Positions 50,804 to 64,000 of a DNA stretch of 64,000 nucleotides are shown here, in pieces. This stretch comes from Azolla caroliniana. Its lineage: Eukaryota; Plantae; Polypodiophyta. Below the pieces are notes generated by a model. That model searched no databases, had not been told where the DNA came from, and was given only the letters and a program-made list of their open reading frames with translations. Every line of letters begins with the position of its first letter. The first letter of the stretch is position 1. The stretch is taken from positions 496,001-560,000 of the forward strand of contig JBHGNT010000013.1 of the NCBI GenBank assembly GCA_043228905.1, given 5' to 3'. Made by a program: the position numbers and the translations under genes.

Positions 50804-52410
50804 CATCAAATTGGATCGATAAAACTAATCTGAACACAGATGATATTCTTTCAAATTTTAAAGTTAATATTACCACTCACATAACAATTTTCATGATTAT
50901 AATCTGATACAGTTTTATAATCTAATCCAAGTATGACATAAACATACTGACTTAGGTTCAATGTGAAATCTCCCTCCGTAAAGGCTATATGTTTAGCTTG
51001 TAATTTACTGCCAGTTTTAATATAGAAATGCAGAAAACGACTTGGATCTGTGCCACACACCTTTTTTCATATGTTCTACTTCAAGTATCATTATTATAGT
51101 TCACTTGATAGTGCAAGATTCAAGCATTTCGCACATGCTAGCTCACCATAGGACATAGTGGTTTAACAAGCACACGTAAATTCAAGCTAGACCAAACTAT
51201 CTTCTACTTGTATCAGCTATGAAGTTTGCATCTGTGACATACAAATGAACTAAATAAAGCCATGAAACATAAAAATTGAATGACTGACAATACCATTTCA
51301 AGACCTTCCACATTGACTCCAAATATAATTCGTAACAAATTGGACGCATCATCAATAACCAAATATGCCTATATGATTTATTACAAATGACATGCACTTG
51401 GAGCTTTAATTAGATATTTTACTATGATCTCTTCCTAAAACCTACATTCATCTCAAAACATGATCACTGCAAGCATTTTGTAGAGTATGACACTGCAACC
51501 TTCAAGGATGGATTTAAACTATATGTAAAAGACCCTTTAACTTCAACATGATTACGTTACGTAGTTGCTGTTGTCTTTGGTTGATTATTACCTGTGGTTA
51601 CTGCATTTTCACATGCTAAATGTGTCATATAGAATTGCTTTTGATCATGTCTGTAAAGAGGATGTAGCATAAAGCAACGGACATGATTGAGCAAGGTGTA
51701 ACCTTTGTACACTCACTGTCTGTGCATTGGATAGATTTCCAGTGAAAGTCTTGCAAAGAAAAAACTCTGATAATGTATTATCTTATACCGTCCAGAATAG
51801 AAACTACACACAATATAGAGATGGTATCAAGACCATATAATAACATCACCAATGCATGTCATAAGCTGATGTTTCCTGGCTGAATGAAAAAGATCCCAAA
51901 AAAAATACGCATAACATGATTAACGAAGAGATTATGGTTGGGGAAAAAGTCAATATTGACTACATATGAATTCATATGTAGTCAAATGAATATCTCCAGA
52001 CAATGCTTATTAGTTAAGTTCATGCAAATGAAAAGAGAATTGCAATAAAGAAGGTATCAGTTAATTTCATTGAACCACATAGCTTCTCGTTATGATCATA
52101 ACAATAAGATATCCATGACCACAACCAGAATTCTAAAACATCCCAGTGGCTATGCCTTTGAGATTTCAAAGGTACTTCACATATACAGCTACCTTAAAAG
52201 TCAAAATCATTCATTATTTTTGACATGTTGAGAGACAACCCTCCTATCATCAGGCAGCTCTATAATAAGACACGGCAAAGGTTTAACTAAAACAAAACAA
52301 GTATCAATCTAAATCGCCAGTAGTTAACCAGCTCTGCAAGACGAGATTGGATTTAAAATCATACAATCAATCTATGTCCTTCATGCAGCATTGTAACTCA
52401 CTATACTTCA

Positions 52411-55024
52411 CTAGCGATGACCTCCATATGGAGCATAATCTGGAGATCGGCTGCGATAGCGACGTGGAGGTGATCTGTAATAATAATCCAATACTAATAA
52501 GCATCATCATGAGAAAGTTCTAATCACAACTGCAGAGGTAACACAAATACCTTGAATGCTGTCTATATCCAGGGCTCCTTCCACGTCCATAATCTGGACT
52601 ATCTCGTCTTCCTCTTCTGGGACTAGCACTACGACGTTCACCAGATTCTCTCTCACGTGCAGCATACTCAACAGTTATGACACTGTCCAGTATCTTGCTG
52701 TTACATTGAACATTAATCAGCATAGGCCATATAATAACTTTAACACGTTGAAATCTTTTTCTAAATACTTATCTATAAATTTGAAACAGTTTTCTAACTT
52801 CAAAAAAATGTAGCACTGTTCCAAGCAACTTGACACTTTTGTCTAAAGCATTTTTGTAAACATTTTCAAAAGATTGGAAACAGCTCCTAGACAGATTGAA
52901 ACACTTTTTGACATAAGAGTGCCACACAAATAACCACTCAATTTGTAAACGAATGCCAACCTCATGTTAGTGGATTCAAGTGCTTTTGTGGCTTCTTCTT
53001 GTGTCTCATACTGGATAAAGGCAAAATTCTTTCGAATCCTAACTTGAACAATCTTTCCATAAGGTTCAAAATGCCGCTCTAAGTCACGTGACCTTGTGTC
53101 CACAGGATCAAAATTGACAACAAAAAGTGTTTTTGTAGGTCGCTGTTTCGTGCTGCTTCTCCTAGCATCTTCACGGCTTCGAATAGCACCATCACCTTGC
53201 TGAAATCCAGCAGATCACCTTACAAAACAATACTAAAAGAGAGCACCCAATTCAATTTCAAATCCTTACTATAAATTCACAACCTTGGCCCACTCTACAC
53301 GAAGGTGTCGTCTTTGTCTCCCAAATTCATAATTATCCAGCGCTCGAATGGCATCAGCTGCATCACGCTCATCCTCCATGTACACAAACGCAAATCCTGC
53401 TGTGCAATGCAAAAAAACAATTAGTGCATCAATTTAAACCATATCTCCTACGGTCCAGCGTCTAAGAAGGTGGCTCAGTCTTAAAAGCACATTCTACTTA
53501 TGTGATGTTATGCACAAACATGTTTAAGTGTCTTATGATGACTGGAAGAGTCAGCTACAATAGGATGAACTGCACGTTGACAATGGACGAGGTCTTCGGT
53601 CAGGATGTGCCCGTTGAGCATGCAATGAATCATCATGGATGAGCTATGAGGATGATCTGACAAAGCTGTGGATGATGATTCCCATTGCTTTTTCTATTGT
53701 TGTAGGATGTCAGGTAAGAGATAGGATCAACAAACTTGAAGAAGCCAAAGGGCTTCCGAGCGTTCAAGACAAAGCCTGCGCCAAATCAAAACTTAAGTAC
53801 CTCGTTTGCATTCAGCATAAAGTAAAACTTGCCTCACTGAAGACATCACCCTATAGAAGAGCACATACATTTAAGTCCTAGAACTCTACAATTTGCTACA
53901 AAAGTACGGATCATGAAATCAATCCCTTTAATGCACCTTTCAGTGGAATAATCAGCACTCTCTAAATTTGTTTTTAAATTAAGGAGCTTCCTTGGGCTTT
54001 TCTGGAGAAAGGTATACTAGAAAATCTCCTACGTGGATACACTACTTTCTTCTCATCCATATAATATTCTCTCACCTGGAATCGCGATATATCCTCCATG
54101 GTAGCCCATATCCATAGCATTTGTTGTTTGGGTAAAGGTAACTGGCACCGGGAAGATATACAGACTTTTATTGCATGAAAAACATATATCTTAGGCATAG
54201 AGAGGATTCGCCAGACCACTCCCCCCCCCCCATAAAAAAGAAAAATGTGAGCAGTGGTTGAGAAGAAAATCCAGTCTTGCAAATTTACGAGTATCCAGCT
54301 GTTTGGCATACCAAAATGGCTGCTCTTATATATCAAAATACCTTTAGAGCCAAGAATTGCAAGATGTTGTTAGTCTACTCTTATATATACCGTCTACAGA
54401 GCCGGAGATTCTCTCTCACAGCATTGCGCTTTAAGATACATCTCAGATTTCTTTTCTTGAATCTTTCTATGATTCTTTGCAACATTCTCAGGCTATAGTA
54501 ATGACAGTTCTATGAATCATTTTCCACATCCTCTTCCAAGCTTTTTCCTACTACCATCTCTGAACCAAAGAACAATGCTCAAGGGAAATTTTTTTGTCAG
54601 ATTTCACTGCTACTATCCCTACTTCCAATTTTTGAACCAAAAAAAGGCAGGTTCTAATTCATTCAAGGAATTTCATATCTATGTTCAATTATAGACGGAA
54701 AAACAAAAAGCTCAAACTCGTGAGAAATTGCCTTATCAGATTCCGTATCTACTTTCCACAGTTCCATTTCTCGACCAAAAAACACCTGTTTCAAACCTGA
54801 GAGAAAAATTCCCTACCTAGTTTCATAACCATTTCTCCTACGGTCCGGTCCTACTCCCAATCACGAAACAAGAGAAGTCCAAATTCAAATTTAAGGGAAA
54901 TTTCCTTACCAGATTTCATATCCACCCTCTCCACTTTTCCATATCTAACAAACAATCGCTCTATCTCGGAAGATCGGGCATCATACTCAAAGTTCCCACA
55001 GAAAATGGGCCTGATAGTCGCCAT
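52411..55024 (-). CDS. Plant RS-subfamily SR splicing factor (RS31/RS40-like, two RRMs), exons 55024-54910, 53396-53284, 53199-52961, 52697-52551, 52474-52411
   Basis: [17 protein letters not shown]...[18 protein letters not shown]...[17 protein letters not shown]...[16 protein letters not shown]...RSRSP; long intron within RRM1. Confidence 0.94.
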
Positions 55025-55394
55025 TTTGGTGGTACAAATCAAAAGGCAACTCCACTAGGCCTTCAGATCTGCAGAAGAGAAAACAAAGCACGGATCAGTG
55101 AGGCATACATAGAACAGATCCATCAACATAGATATATATATATACACGACAAAGATGGTTTAACGCATAAAAACTATGTACATCTTGCTACTGAAAGACT
55201 CAGAAGCAGGGAGAAGAATCTCTCGGGGGAACGGAACAGGAAAAGGAAGGGTTTGCGGGAGCACGAGTCATATGCAGCACAGGAAACCCTAAAATTCGGC
55301 GGTCATACCTCGAGGCGAAGAAGAAGGCGTTGGAACCTTGCACAGTACGCACGCACTCAGGGATAGCCTCCGTCTTCAGTGTGACTCTAGTCTC

Positions 55395-55402
55395 TGTGTG
55401 TT

Positions 55403-55444
<42 letters not shown>

Positions 55445-55489
55445 GTGTGCAAGTGAGTGTGTGAGAGACAGAGAGAGCTCTTCTTTGTA

Positions 55490-55551
<62 letters not shown>

Positions 55552-55670
55552 GCTCTTCTTTGTATTGTGTGTGTGAAAGAGAGAGAAAGAGAGAGAGCTC
55601 TTCTTTGTATTGTGTGTGTGTGAAAGAGAAAGAGAGAGAGAGAGAGAGCTCTTCTTTGTTGTGTATGTGT

Positions 55671-55708
<38 letters not shown>
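55395..55708. repeat. Compound (TG)n/(GA)n minisatellite upstream of the RS gene
   Basis: Unit (GA)n-gctcttctttgtat-(TG)n occurs four times. Confidence 0.9.
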
Positions 55709-55709
<1 letters not shown>

Positions 55710-58700
55710 GTTACCGGCCGGCAAAGGAGTCCAGAGTGGGAAACGGAGAGCTAATTAAGTAGTAGGAATGTGGGTGTAATTAAGCTATGAGTGTGGACGG
55801 ACGGACCGGAATCGGTATGCCGTTCCGGATCCGGACCGATCCCGAACAAGTGCGGATGGCACCGTTTTGTAATACAGACCGGAAACCTATTTAAAGGCCC
55901 AGATACAATGTAATATTTAGCGGTTAATTAATGAAAGCTTAAGCGTTGTTATATCTCTGTGTTAATTGCCGTTCTGTCTTAATTGTTATATCTTACGCGT
56001 GTTATGAAATACGATCCTAATAAGTAACTTAACTAAGTCGGATTAAGCGTTGAAGTCTAATCTGGTTGCCGTAACACCCTTTGGTGAAGTGTCTCCCGTA
56101 GACACCCTGTGTTAGGCCATTGTCCGGCCCGAAGAGTTAACACAGTTTTTGGTGACCAAGATTCCTGTTTTTGCAGCGAACGACGGCACGGATGGATGTC
56201 TAGATCAACGCACGACTTGGTTACAGATCGAACTCGACGCCTTGCCGAAAGGCAAAGGAGATGCGAGGCTTTCCAGCAAGCGGCGCAGGAAATTAGAGCG
56301 GATCGCTCGTTTTCCAACGTAATCCGGAGAGTAGCGGAGGACTCCCTCTGGTTACAGCAAACATCGCACCCGGACGACGGCAGCAGCCTAAGCAGCCTCC
56401 GGGAAACCGAATCCCTTCTCCACGCGTTGGCAAACGGAGAAGGCGAAGCAGAGGCCTTTTCAGCATATGAATCGGACTCCGAAGGGGAATACAGCGTGCA
56501 CACGAACTACCGTAGCAGCAACGAAACCCCGGGCGGACCGGAGGACGAAGGATCGGATACCTTACCGACACCGGAACCGAAAGTGCTAACGCTGGAACCC
56601 CCGGAACCAGCAGAAGAAGAACGACCTCCGACACCGGAAGTCGAGGAGGAGAGGCCTCCGTCACCAAAGGAAGAGAAACAACCGACACCGGAATCAAATC
56701 GGGAAAGACCACCAACACTAGAGAAAATTCCGGAACGAGCACCAACACTACCAGCCCACGCACCGATACCGGACGACGACATGTCGTTCCAGTACTCCAA
56801 GTATAGAGATGATCCGGACGCGGAAGCTCATGTGCACGCCTTTGAACAGACATGGGAAGCCAACCATGTGTCCCAGCTACTGACACCGGAGGAAGAAGAA
56901 CGCTCTAAGATAGCAGAGTTTGGCGTCACATTGGAGGGACCGGCAGCAAGATGGCACCGGACTCAGGACCTGTCTACCATCAACACCTTTGCAGATTTAA
57001 AAGCTAAATTCATGCATTTTTTCAAAAGAAGGTGGACCAGACCGTAATAGTAGGCTTATTTTATACCATCCGGCAAGAGGCAGGGGAGAGCATTCCCCAA
57101 TTTGTCATCCGGTTTCAACGGATGCATAGTCAGCTTACCCGTGCACCCCCGGAGGAGGAATTACGGACGATATTCCTAAACGCGCTCCGGGAACCCCTAC
57201 GCACGGTTTGCACGGTAATCGATTTCCACACAAGTACCATCGACCAGGTCATTGATTGGGTGAAAGAGATGGAAAAGACAAGCTCCTGGCTCACACTGGT
57301 CACACTTCAACGGGCGTTACCGTCCGATGAAGACCTCCGGTTTCGGCAAGCAATACAGTGCACAACCTGCTTGAATTCCGGACACTCGGCTCTAGAATGC
57401 ACTATGAGGACGCAATGTGTAATCTGTCAATCCAAGAGCCATACGACGGATAGGTGCGAATATAATATGTTGACTCGGCAAGCACCGCCCGTCTGACAAA
57501 TTGAGCCACGCAGCAGCCGGGATGAAGAAGACGAACGCTGGCGGCGAATGGACCGTGACCGACCGGCACAGGATGTCCGGTATGGCGAGCGACGGGAAAA
57601 TAATGTCTGGTACGGTGAGCGACGGGAAAATGATGTCTGGTACGGTGATCGGCGAGAGAACTATGACCGGCATGATCAGTACCAGGACTACAATAGACGA
57701 TACGAACAGTACGACCGGGAGCACTCCCCCGGGTATCGTCAGCAACGGGAGGAATACGGCAGATATAACGGGCAACCCTGTCAAGAGTACCGTAATAAGA
57801 AAAGCTATAACAAAAAACAACATTTTAAAAAAGGCGGTTACCCCTGGGATCCGGAACAAGGCACTCCAAGTAACTAACCGGTACAAAACCCCGCGCGTAC
57901 CGTAGGACCTGCCCCGGGCACAACAGACAATGCCGAATCTAGCAATGCCCGGAAGGCCTACTACTACTATTGCCGACAGGAAGGCCATTATAGTAACCAA
58001 TGCCCGGTGAAGAGCTATGAAAAACGACCGGCGGTAAATATGGTAGTCCCTGAGGTGGCAGACCTGCAACAGGTGACCACAAGGTCGAAGGGCATGGCCA
58101 AAGAATGGGAGACACAGGAGACCATCCGGAAACAAGCAACGGAATGGGTAAAGAAAGCAAACGAGCAGAATGTCACAGACTTACAGCAGCAAAAGGAGAA
58201 CACCGCAAGGCTTGCCGGCGGTGGTCACTCCGAGAACGAGACATGGCAGGCGTTGCAAGAATGCCAGATTACGTTACCACTAGGAAGACTCCTACAACTC
58301 GTGCCTAGATTCACGGAAGGACTGAAGACGGCCATGACGGCAGGAGAACCATCACCGGCACCGGTACTCTTCTCGAATCCGGAGGAGGGACCAACAGTGG
58401 TAGACACCAGCAGTCCGGTAATCACTGCCATTGTAAAAGGGAAAGAACTCCCCAGCACAGTTATAGACGGAGGCTCTGGGGTAAATGTAATAAGCCTCCG
58501 AACGTGTGAGGACCTAGGAATCCACGAGTGGGAGCCGTGTCCGTTCTGGTTGCGGATGGCTGATACAAGCTCAGTGCGGCCGACAGGATTAATACGGAAA
58601 TTAGAAGTCACCGTCGGCGGGCATACATTTCACATCTCGGTCGTAGTGCTACAATTACAGGCACAAGGCGCATACCCGCTATTGCTGGGGCGGCCATGGT

Positions 58701-59447
58701 TAAAAACGGCACATATCAAACAGAATTGGCGAAAAAATATAATTACCTTCCGGCGAGGAAAAGCCAAGGTACGGGTACCAACACAGCCAAGGACGAGCAC
58801 TGGCAAGGAATGTACACCGTTGTATGCGGAATGCGTCAACATGCTCGAAGGGTTAGCGGACAAAGAAGAAGCTCAATACCTGCAGGAAAACCCGAAGATC
58901 ATACCCCTCTTCGAAATTGACATTGCCGAAGCCGTAGCACCGTACTTACCGCAACCGAAAGAGGCGGAAGCAGAACCGGATAAAGACGCAATCTGGGAGT
59001 TACGGCAAGCGCAGGAAGCGTTGGAACGGGAAATGGCCGTTTCACAGCGCGTAAAAGCATCACAACTAGAAGAGGTGAATTTAGGCACCACGGACGAAGC
59101 AAAACCGGTGCACATCGCCAAGGAGATGAAGTCCGAAGACAAAACGGCGATGATAACACTTCTCACGGAATTCCGGGATGTGTTCGCCTGGTCATACGAA
59201 GATATGCGAGGACTCGACCCTCAGTTATACCAGCATCAAGTACACTTGAGCAAGGACGCAAAACCAGTGGCACAAAGACGGTACCGGATGAATCCCAATT
59301 ATGCTGCCAAGGTCAAGGAAGAAATCGACAAACTGCTAAGAGTTGGCTTTATCCGTCCGGTAAAGAAAGCGACATGGTTGAGCCCGATCGTAGTCATACC
59401 GAAGAAGAACGGAAAAATTCGAGTTTGCGTAGACTATCGGAAACTCA
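55709..59447 (+). mobile_element. Ty3/Gypsy LTR retrotransposon, 5' part (LTR, gag, zinc knuckles, protease, start of RT), interrupted by Copia
   Basis: LTR starts tgttac and ends gtaaca at 56076 (alternative end 56142). Gag (LEGPAARW), CxxCxxxxHxxxxC, protease IDGGSGVN, RT start WLSPIVVIPKKNGKIRVCVDYRKL. Confidence 0.92.
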
Positions 59448-59620
59448 TGTCGAATACAAGTGTATAATGGACGTATTCACACTATCCCTTTGGGCCATTT
59501 GTGTAATTAGCATAAAGGGTAGTTGCCCTAAGTCGATCACTATATATAGTGACCTTGTAACCTTTTTGTAAGGTTGGGGGTTGTATTATTGTTTCTATTG
59601 AATAGAAAGACTCTTTTGTG

Positions 59621-59657
<37 letters not shown>

Positions 59658-62600
59658 ACGATCTCAGAAACTGTCATACGCAGGTACTCAATCCTAATCG
59701 AATACTCTTCTTGATCTTCCGCATAGACGACCTTGTTTCCAACATTTGGTATCAGAGCCTGCACAGTATTCGGTCCTTCAATCCGCTGTCGGCCGTCGTC
59801 TCAGCCTGCACAGCATTCGGTTTCCTGCGTCATTCGAAGAAGAGAGAAGAAGAAAAACGAGGCTTGCACCTCATCGCGTTAGATCATCTTCGCTTGGAGT
59901 AAGCCAGCGCGTTGTACTCTGTTCCTTGTGATCGTAACCGCTCGAGGTGAAATCCCCTTGTGCAACATTGACACGATCGTGCTCCACTCGGTTAAATGGC
60001 ATCCGAAGAGGTCAACAAACGCTGCTCGCCGCTCATTGTAACCACTCGGTGCAGATCGGTCTCAAGACAACAACCCCAATTCGTGCTTCATCCGGCTGAT
60101 CGACATTCGAGAGGATCAGTTGGATCCGTCTCTCTCGTCGCTGCAGTCACCCGAAGCAGAATCGGTCCAGACAATCGGTTTCAATAATCGGTATTCGGCA
60201 TATATATCCAAAGCGAACCGGGCTCACTCCGACTCGGCAACATTCGGGAAGACCAGTCGGTTCTGTCCCTCAAGTTACCGGAGTCAATTCGAGCAAGTTC
60301 AACAATACATATATCCGAAGCCGAACCGACTCGGGTTCAAATACGACTAGAACGATATCGGGTGAGCCAACCGGCTGCAGTCCAACAAGGTTCGTAGTCA
60401 ACTCCGAACCGAGCCTCGTCAACCGAAACCGAATTTGATGGCATCAACATCCGGCTCGTCAGAAATGAGTCTACGAAAGTTCGATGGATCGAACTTTAAC
60501 TTCTGGAAGGAGCAAATGCAGGACTATCTCATAGTCAAGGGGCAAATCGATCCCATCGAAAATGAAGAACCTCCAGAAGGATACAAACCAATTGAGTGGC
60601 AGAAGCTGGACAGAATCGTCCGCGCCACGATTCGGATGCACCTATCGGAATCGGTATACTTTACGGTGCAATCGTGTACGACAACATTCGAACTGTGGAA
60701 AACACTGTCGGACACCTACGAAAAGAAGGTCGCTGCAACGAAGATGTTTCTGATCCGGCGCCTCTACAACTTGCGGATGAAAGAATCCGATTCGGTTCAA
60801 GCACATCTCAACGAGTACGAAAGCATAAGCTCCCAAATCTCATCTCAGGGGACGGCAATCGAGGATGAACTCAGAGCAATGATACTCATGAGCAGCCTTC
60901 CCTCATCATGGGAAACTTTCGTCACAACCGTGTGCAACGCGTCAACCACGGCTGTTAAATACTCCGAAGTCACGAGCGCAATCCTGACCGAAGCAGCTCG
61001 GAGAAAGTCTTTCGCCAAAGACTCAACAGACGACGCTTACGTAGTACAAGGTTCGACAGACCGATCGGACATACGAGGAAGAGATTCCTCACGGCCGCCG
61101 AACAATCAGCGAAGACGGAGCCAGTCACGGGATAATCGAATCTGCAACTATTGCAAGAAACCCGGACACATCAAAGCCGACTGCCGCGCACTCAAGAACA
61201 AGAACGACAAGTCTCAGAGATCAGACAAGAAGAGTGGCCGGCATGAGGAGATCAATTACGTCAGCTTCTCAGCTGATGTGCTACCAGACGACCCGAATAT
61301 ACTATCAATCGAAAATCCAGTTGGATCAGAAGTCCTACTCACGACTGAAGAGTCGAGCACATGGCTCTTAGATTCGGGCGCGTCATTTCACGTGACTCCT
61401 CATCGATCCCAATTTCGGCAATATACGATCCGTCATTCCGACTCAGTTCGAGTCGGCAACTCACAACACTGTGACATCATCGGAATCGGCACAGTAGAGC
61501 TCAACCTTGCAGGCGGCTCTACACTTGTACTTCACAATGTCCGACATGTACCCGAGCTCTCGAGGCCATTGATCTTAGTCGGACAACTAGATGAAGACGG
61601 CATTCGTGCCGGTTTCTCTTTGGGAGGGTGGACACTCCACAGGGGGAACCTCCTGCTTGCTAGAGGACCCAAGATACACTCACTGTACCCGTTACATGTT
61701 ACGCTCAGAGAGGGTAACCTATTTTTGGTGGATATTCCTGTGTCATCACTATGGCACCGAAGATTAGGACACCTCAGCAAGGCCGGCATTACGCATCTAT
61801 CCAGAGCCGGGTACATCCCCAAACTCTCCTTCTCCGACCATCAATTCTGCGAGCATTGCCAGTATGGCAAACAAGCAGCCGCATCACACCCGACATCAGC
61901 ACCAAGAGTAACGAGACCTCTCGATCTAGTCCACTCGGACGTCTGTGGCCCAATGCCGCATCAGTCTCTTGGCGGTGCCTCTTACTTCGTCAGTTTTATT
62001 GACGATTCGACTCGAAAGGTGTGGGCTTATCCAATTCGCACCAAAGATCGTGTGTTCTCGATCTTCTCCGATTGGCTCGCTATGGTAGAAAATCAAACCG
62101 ACCGAAAACTGAAATGCTTTCGGACCGATAATGGGGGAGAGTTCAAATCCGATGAATTCGTCAAATTCTGCCGACAACGCGGCATCCGACGTGAATTTAC
62201 GGCACCACACAGTCCGGAGCAAAACGGGATTGCAGAACGAATGAATCGGACAATCCAAGAACGGATAGTTTCCATGCTCCAACACTCCGGACTGTCGGAT
62301 GGCTTCTGGGCAGAGGCTCTACTCACGGCAGTACATAATCAATATGTCGCCAAGTAGACCTCTAGGACTTCAAATTCCTCAGGAACTATGGATCGGCAGT
62401 AAGCCGAATTACGACAAGCTGAGGATCTTCGGATGCGAGGCGTACACCCTTATTCCGAAAGATGATCGCCGAAAACTTGCACCTCGGTCCAGGAAATGCA
62501 TTTTCCTTGGATATGGATCAGACGGCGCAATGGGATACCGACTCTGGGACCCCGAACGCAGACAAATCGTTCGAAGTTCGGACGTTGTGTTCAACGAGTC

Positions 62601-64000
62601 GGCTATGATTCCATCAGTCAAAACACCGATCGAAGTCCGAAGGGTAACATTTTCCGATGTGCCGACCCTTCAAGAAGGCCCCGCTCTTAACACACGGTCA
62701 GCTTCACGGGTAGCTGCACCTTACACTACCGACTCGGACAACTCCGACTCGGTACAGCCGAATGATTCGCTTTCGGACCATCCGACCTCGATACCCGATG
62801 CGACCAGTCCAATCATACCTCGCCGATCCGAGAGACTGTCGCAACCTCCGGAGAGGTATTCTCCTGGAATTTTCTTCACCGACGCCGGTGAACCGACGTC
62901 TTACGAAGAAGCATCGACATCTGTCGATTCAGCCACCTGGCATCTGGCGATGGAGTCGGAAATGCACTCCATCCGGGCAAACAAGACTTGGGACCTGGTC
63001 GAATTACCTAGGAACCGACGTGCTCTTCCTTGCAAGTGGGTTTATCGACTAAAAGAGACGTCTGATTCGACCACCCCAAAGTACAAGGCCAGATTAGTTG
63101 CGAAGGGCTTCCGACAGGAATATGGCGTCGACTTCGACGAGATTTTTTCACCAGTGGTGAAAATGACAACCCTTCGTTTCCTACTCGGCGTAGTGGCAGC
63201 CGACAACTTGGAGCTGATTCAGCTAGATGTCAAAACAGCCTTCCTCCATGGTGATCTTGAAGAGGAAATTTATATGGAGCAGCCAAAAGGCTTTGTGGCA
63301 ATTGGCCAAGAACATCTAGTCTGCTGACTCAGGAAGAGTCTATACGGCCTCAAACAGGCACCGCGACAATGGTACAAGAAGTTCGACGACTTCATCCAAT
63401 CGATCGGCTTCTCAAAAAGCGATGAGGACCATTGTCTCTTCACCAACACAGCTCAAGATGGATCACCCATCTTCCTCATCATTTACGTGGACGACATGCT
63501 AATCTCTGGACGCCACGCGGGCGAACTTGCCGAGCTCATTCGGCAACTGCGGTTGAAGTTTGCCATGAAGGACCTCGGTCCGGCACGACACATACTCGGC
63601 ATGAAGATTAGTCGGCATCGCGATAAACGACATCTTTTTTTGTCTCAGACCGACTATATCGGACGTGTCTTGGAACGCTTCAACATGCAATCAGCCAAAT
63701 CTGCTTCAACCCCGCTCCCCATGAATCTTCGGCTCTCTCAGCGAGACTGCCCGACATCTGGTTCGGAGGGGGAAGATATGAAGTCGGTACCGTATGCACC
63801 GGCAGTCGGCTCCCTTATGTACCTAATGGTCGCGACACGGCCTGATATTTCTCATGCCGTAGGAGTCGTTAGCAGATTTATGCATAACCCTGGCCGATCG
63901 CATTGGAACGCAGTCAAGCATGTGTTCAGATATCTGGCTGGCACAAAAGACCACGGCATTCTTTTCGGTCCGAACCGAACCTCAGGCGTAGTCGGTTACA
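59448..64000 (+). mobile_element. Ty1/Copia (Tnt1-like) retrotransposon, near-intact, continues past the window
   Basis: LTR TG...CA 59448-59744 and PBS tggtatcagagc 59747-59758. Polyprotein from ~60438 with CNYCKKPGHIKADC, WLLDSGAS, integrase and RT (YVDD near 63484). One frameshift near 62340 and one stop at 63325-63327. Confidence 0.96.

Noticed and set aside
24434-55024. Functional gene cluster (six genes in strict +/- alternation)
   Set aside because: The products are functionally unrelated, and alternation of six genes can arise by chance.
55200-55754. THTHT/CVCV-rich ORFs
   Set aside because: Translations of (TG)n/(CA)n microsatellites.
56057-59166. Antisense ORFs over the Gypsy (and over the Copia and PPR genes)
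   Set aside because: Shadow frames of real coding sequence with no independent motifs.

Overview
Eukaryotic plant nuclear DNA, most likely a fern (inferred from DYW:KP-type PPR genes, intron-rich genes and dense (GA)n microsatellites). The window has three zones. (1) About 5-23.3 kb is a nested retroelement pile: two Copia elements, two RTE-X-like LINE families, an L1/Tx1-like LINE family and a tRNA-derived SINE-like element, with most non-LTR pieces joined by (GA)n/(TC)n tracts. (2) About 24.4-55 kb is a gene island of six genes on alternating strands: UBC4/5/6-type E2, sucrose-phosphate synthase, two PLS-PPR genes of the KP type, a CML21-like EF-hand protein and a plant RS-type SR splicing factor. 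(3) 55.7-64 kb is a Gypsy element interrupted in its RT by a near-intact Copia. The strongest novel signal is an apparent guild of (GA/TC)n-targeted non-LTR elements. One insertion has its empty site preserved in the sister LTR, two LINE families share a covarying 3' stem-loop, and a short repeat is built from two convergent tRNA-like modules. All calls are by eye; no database searches were run.
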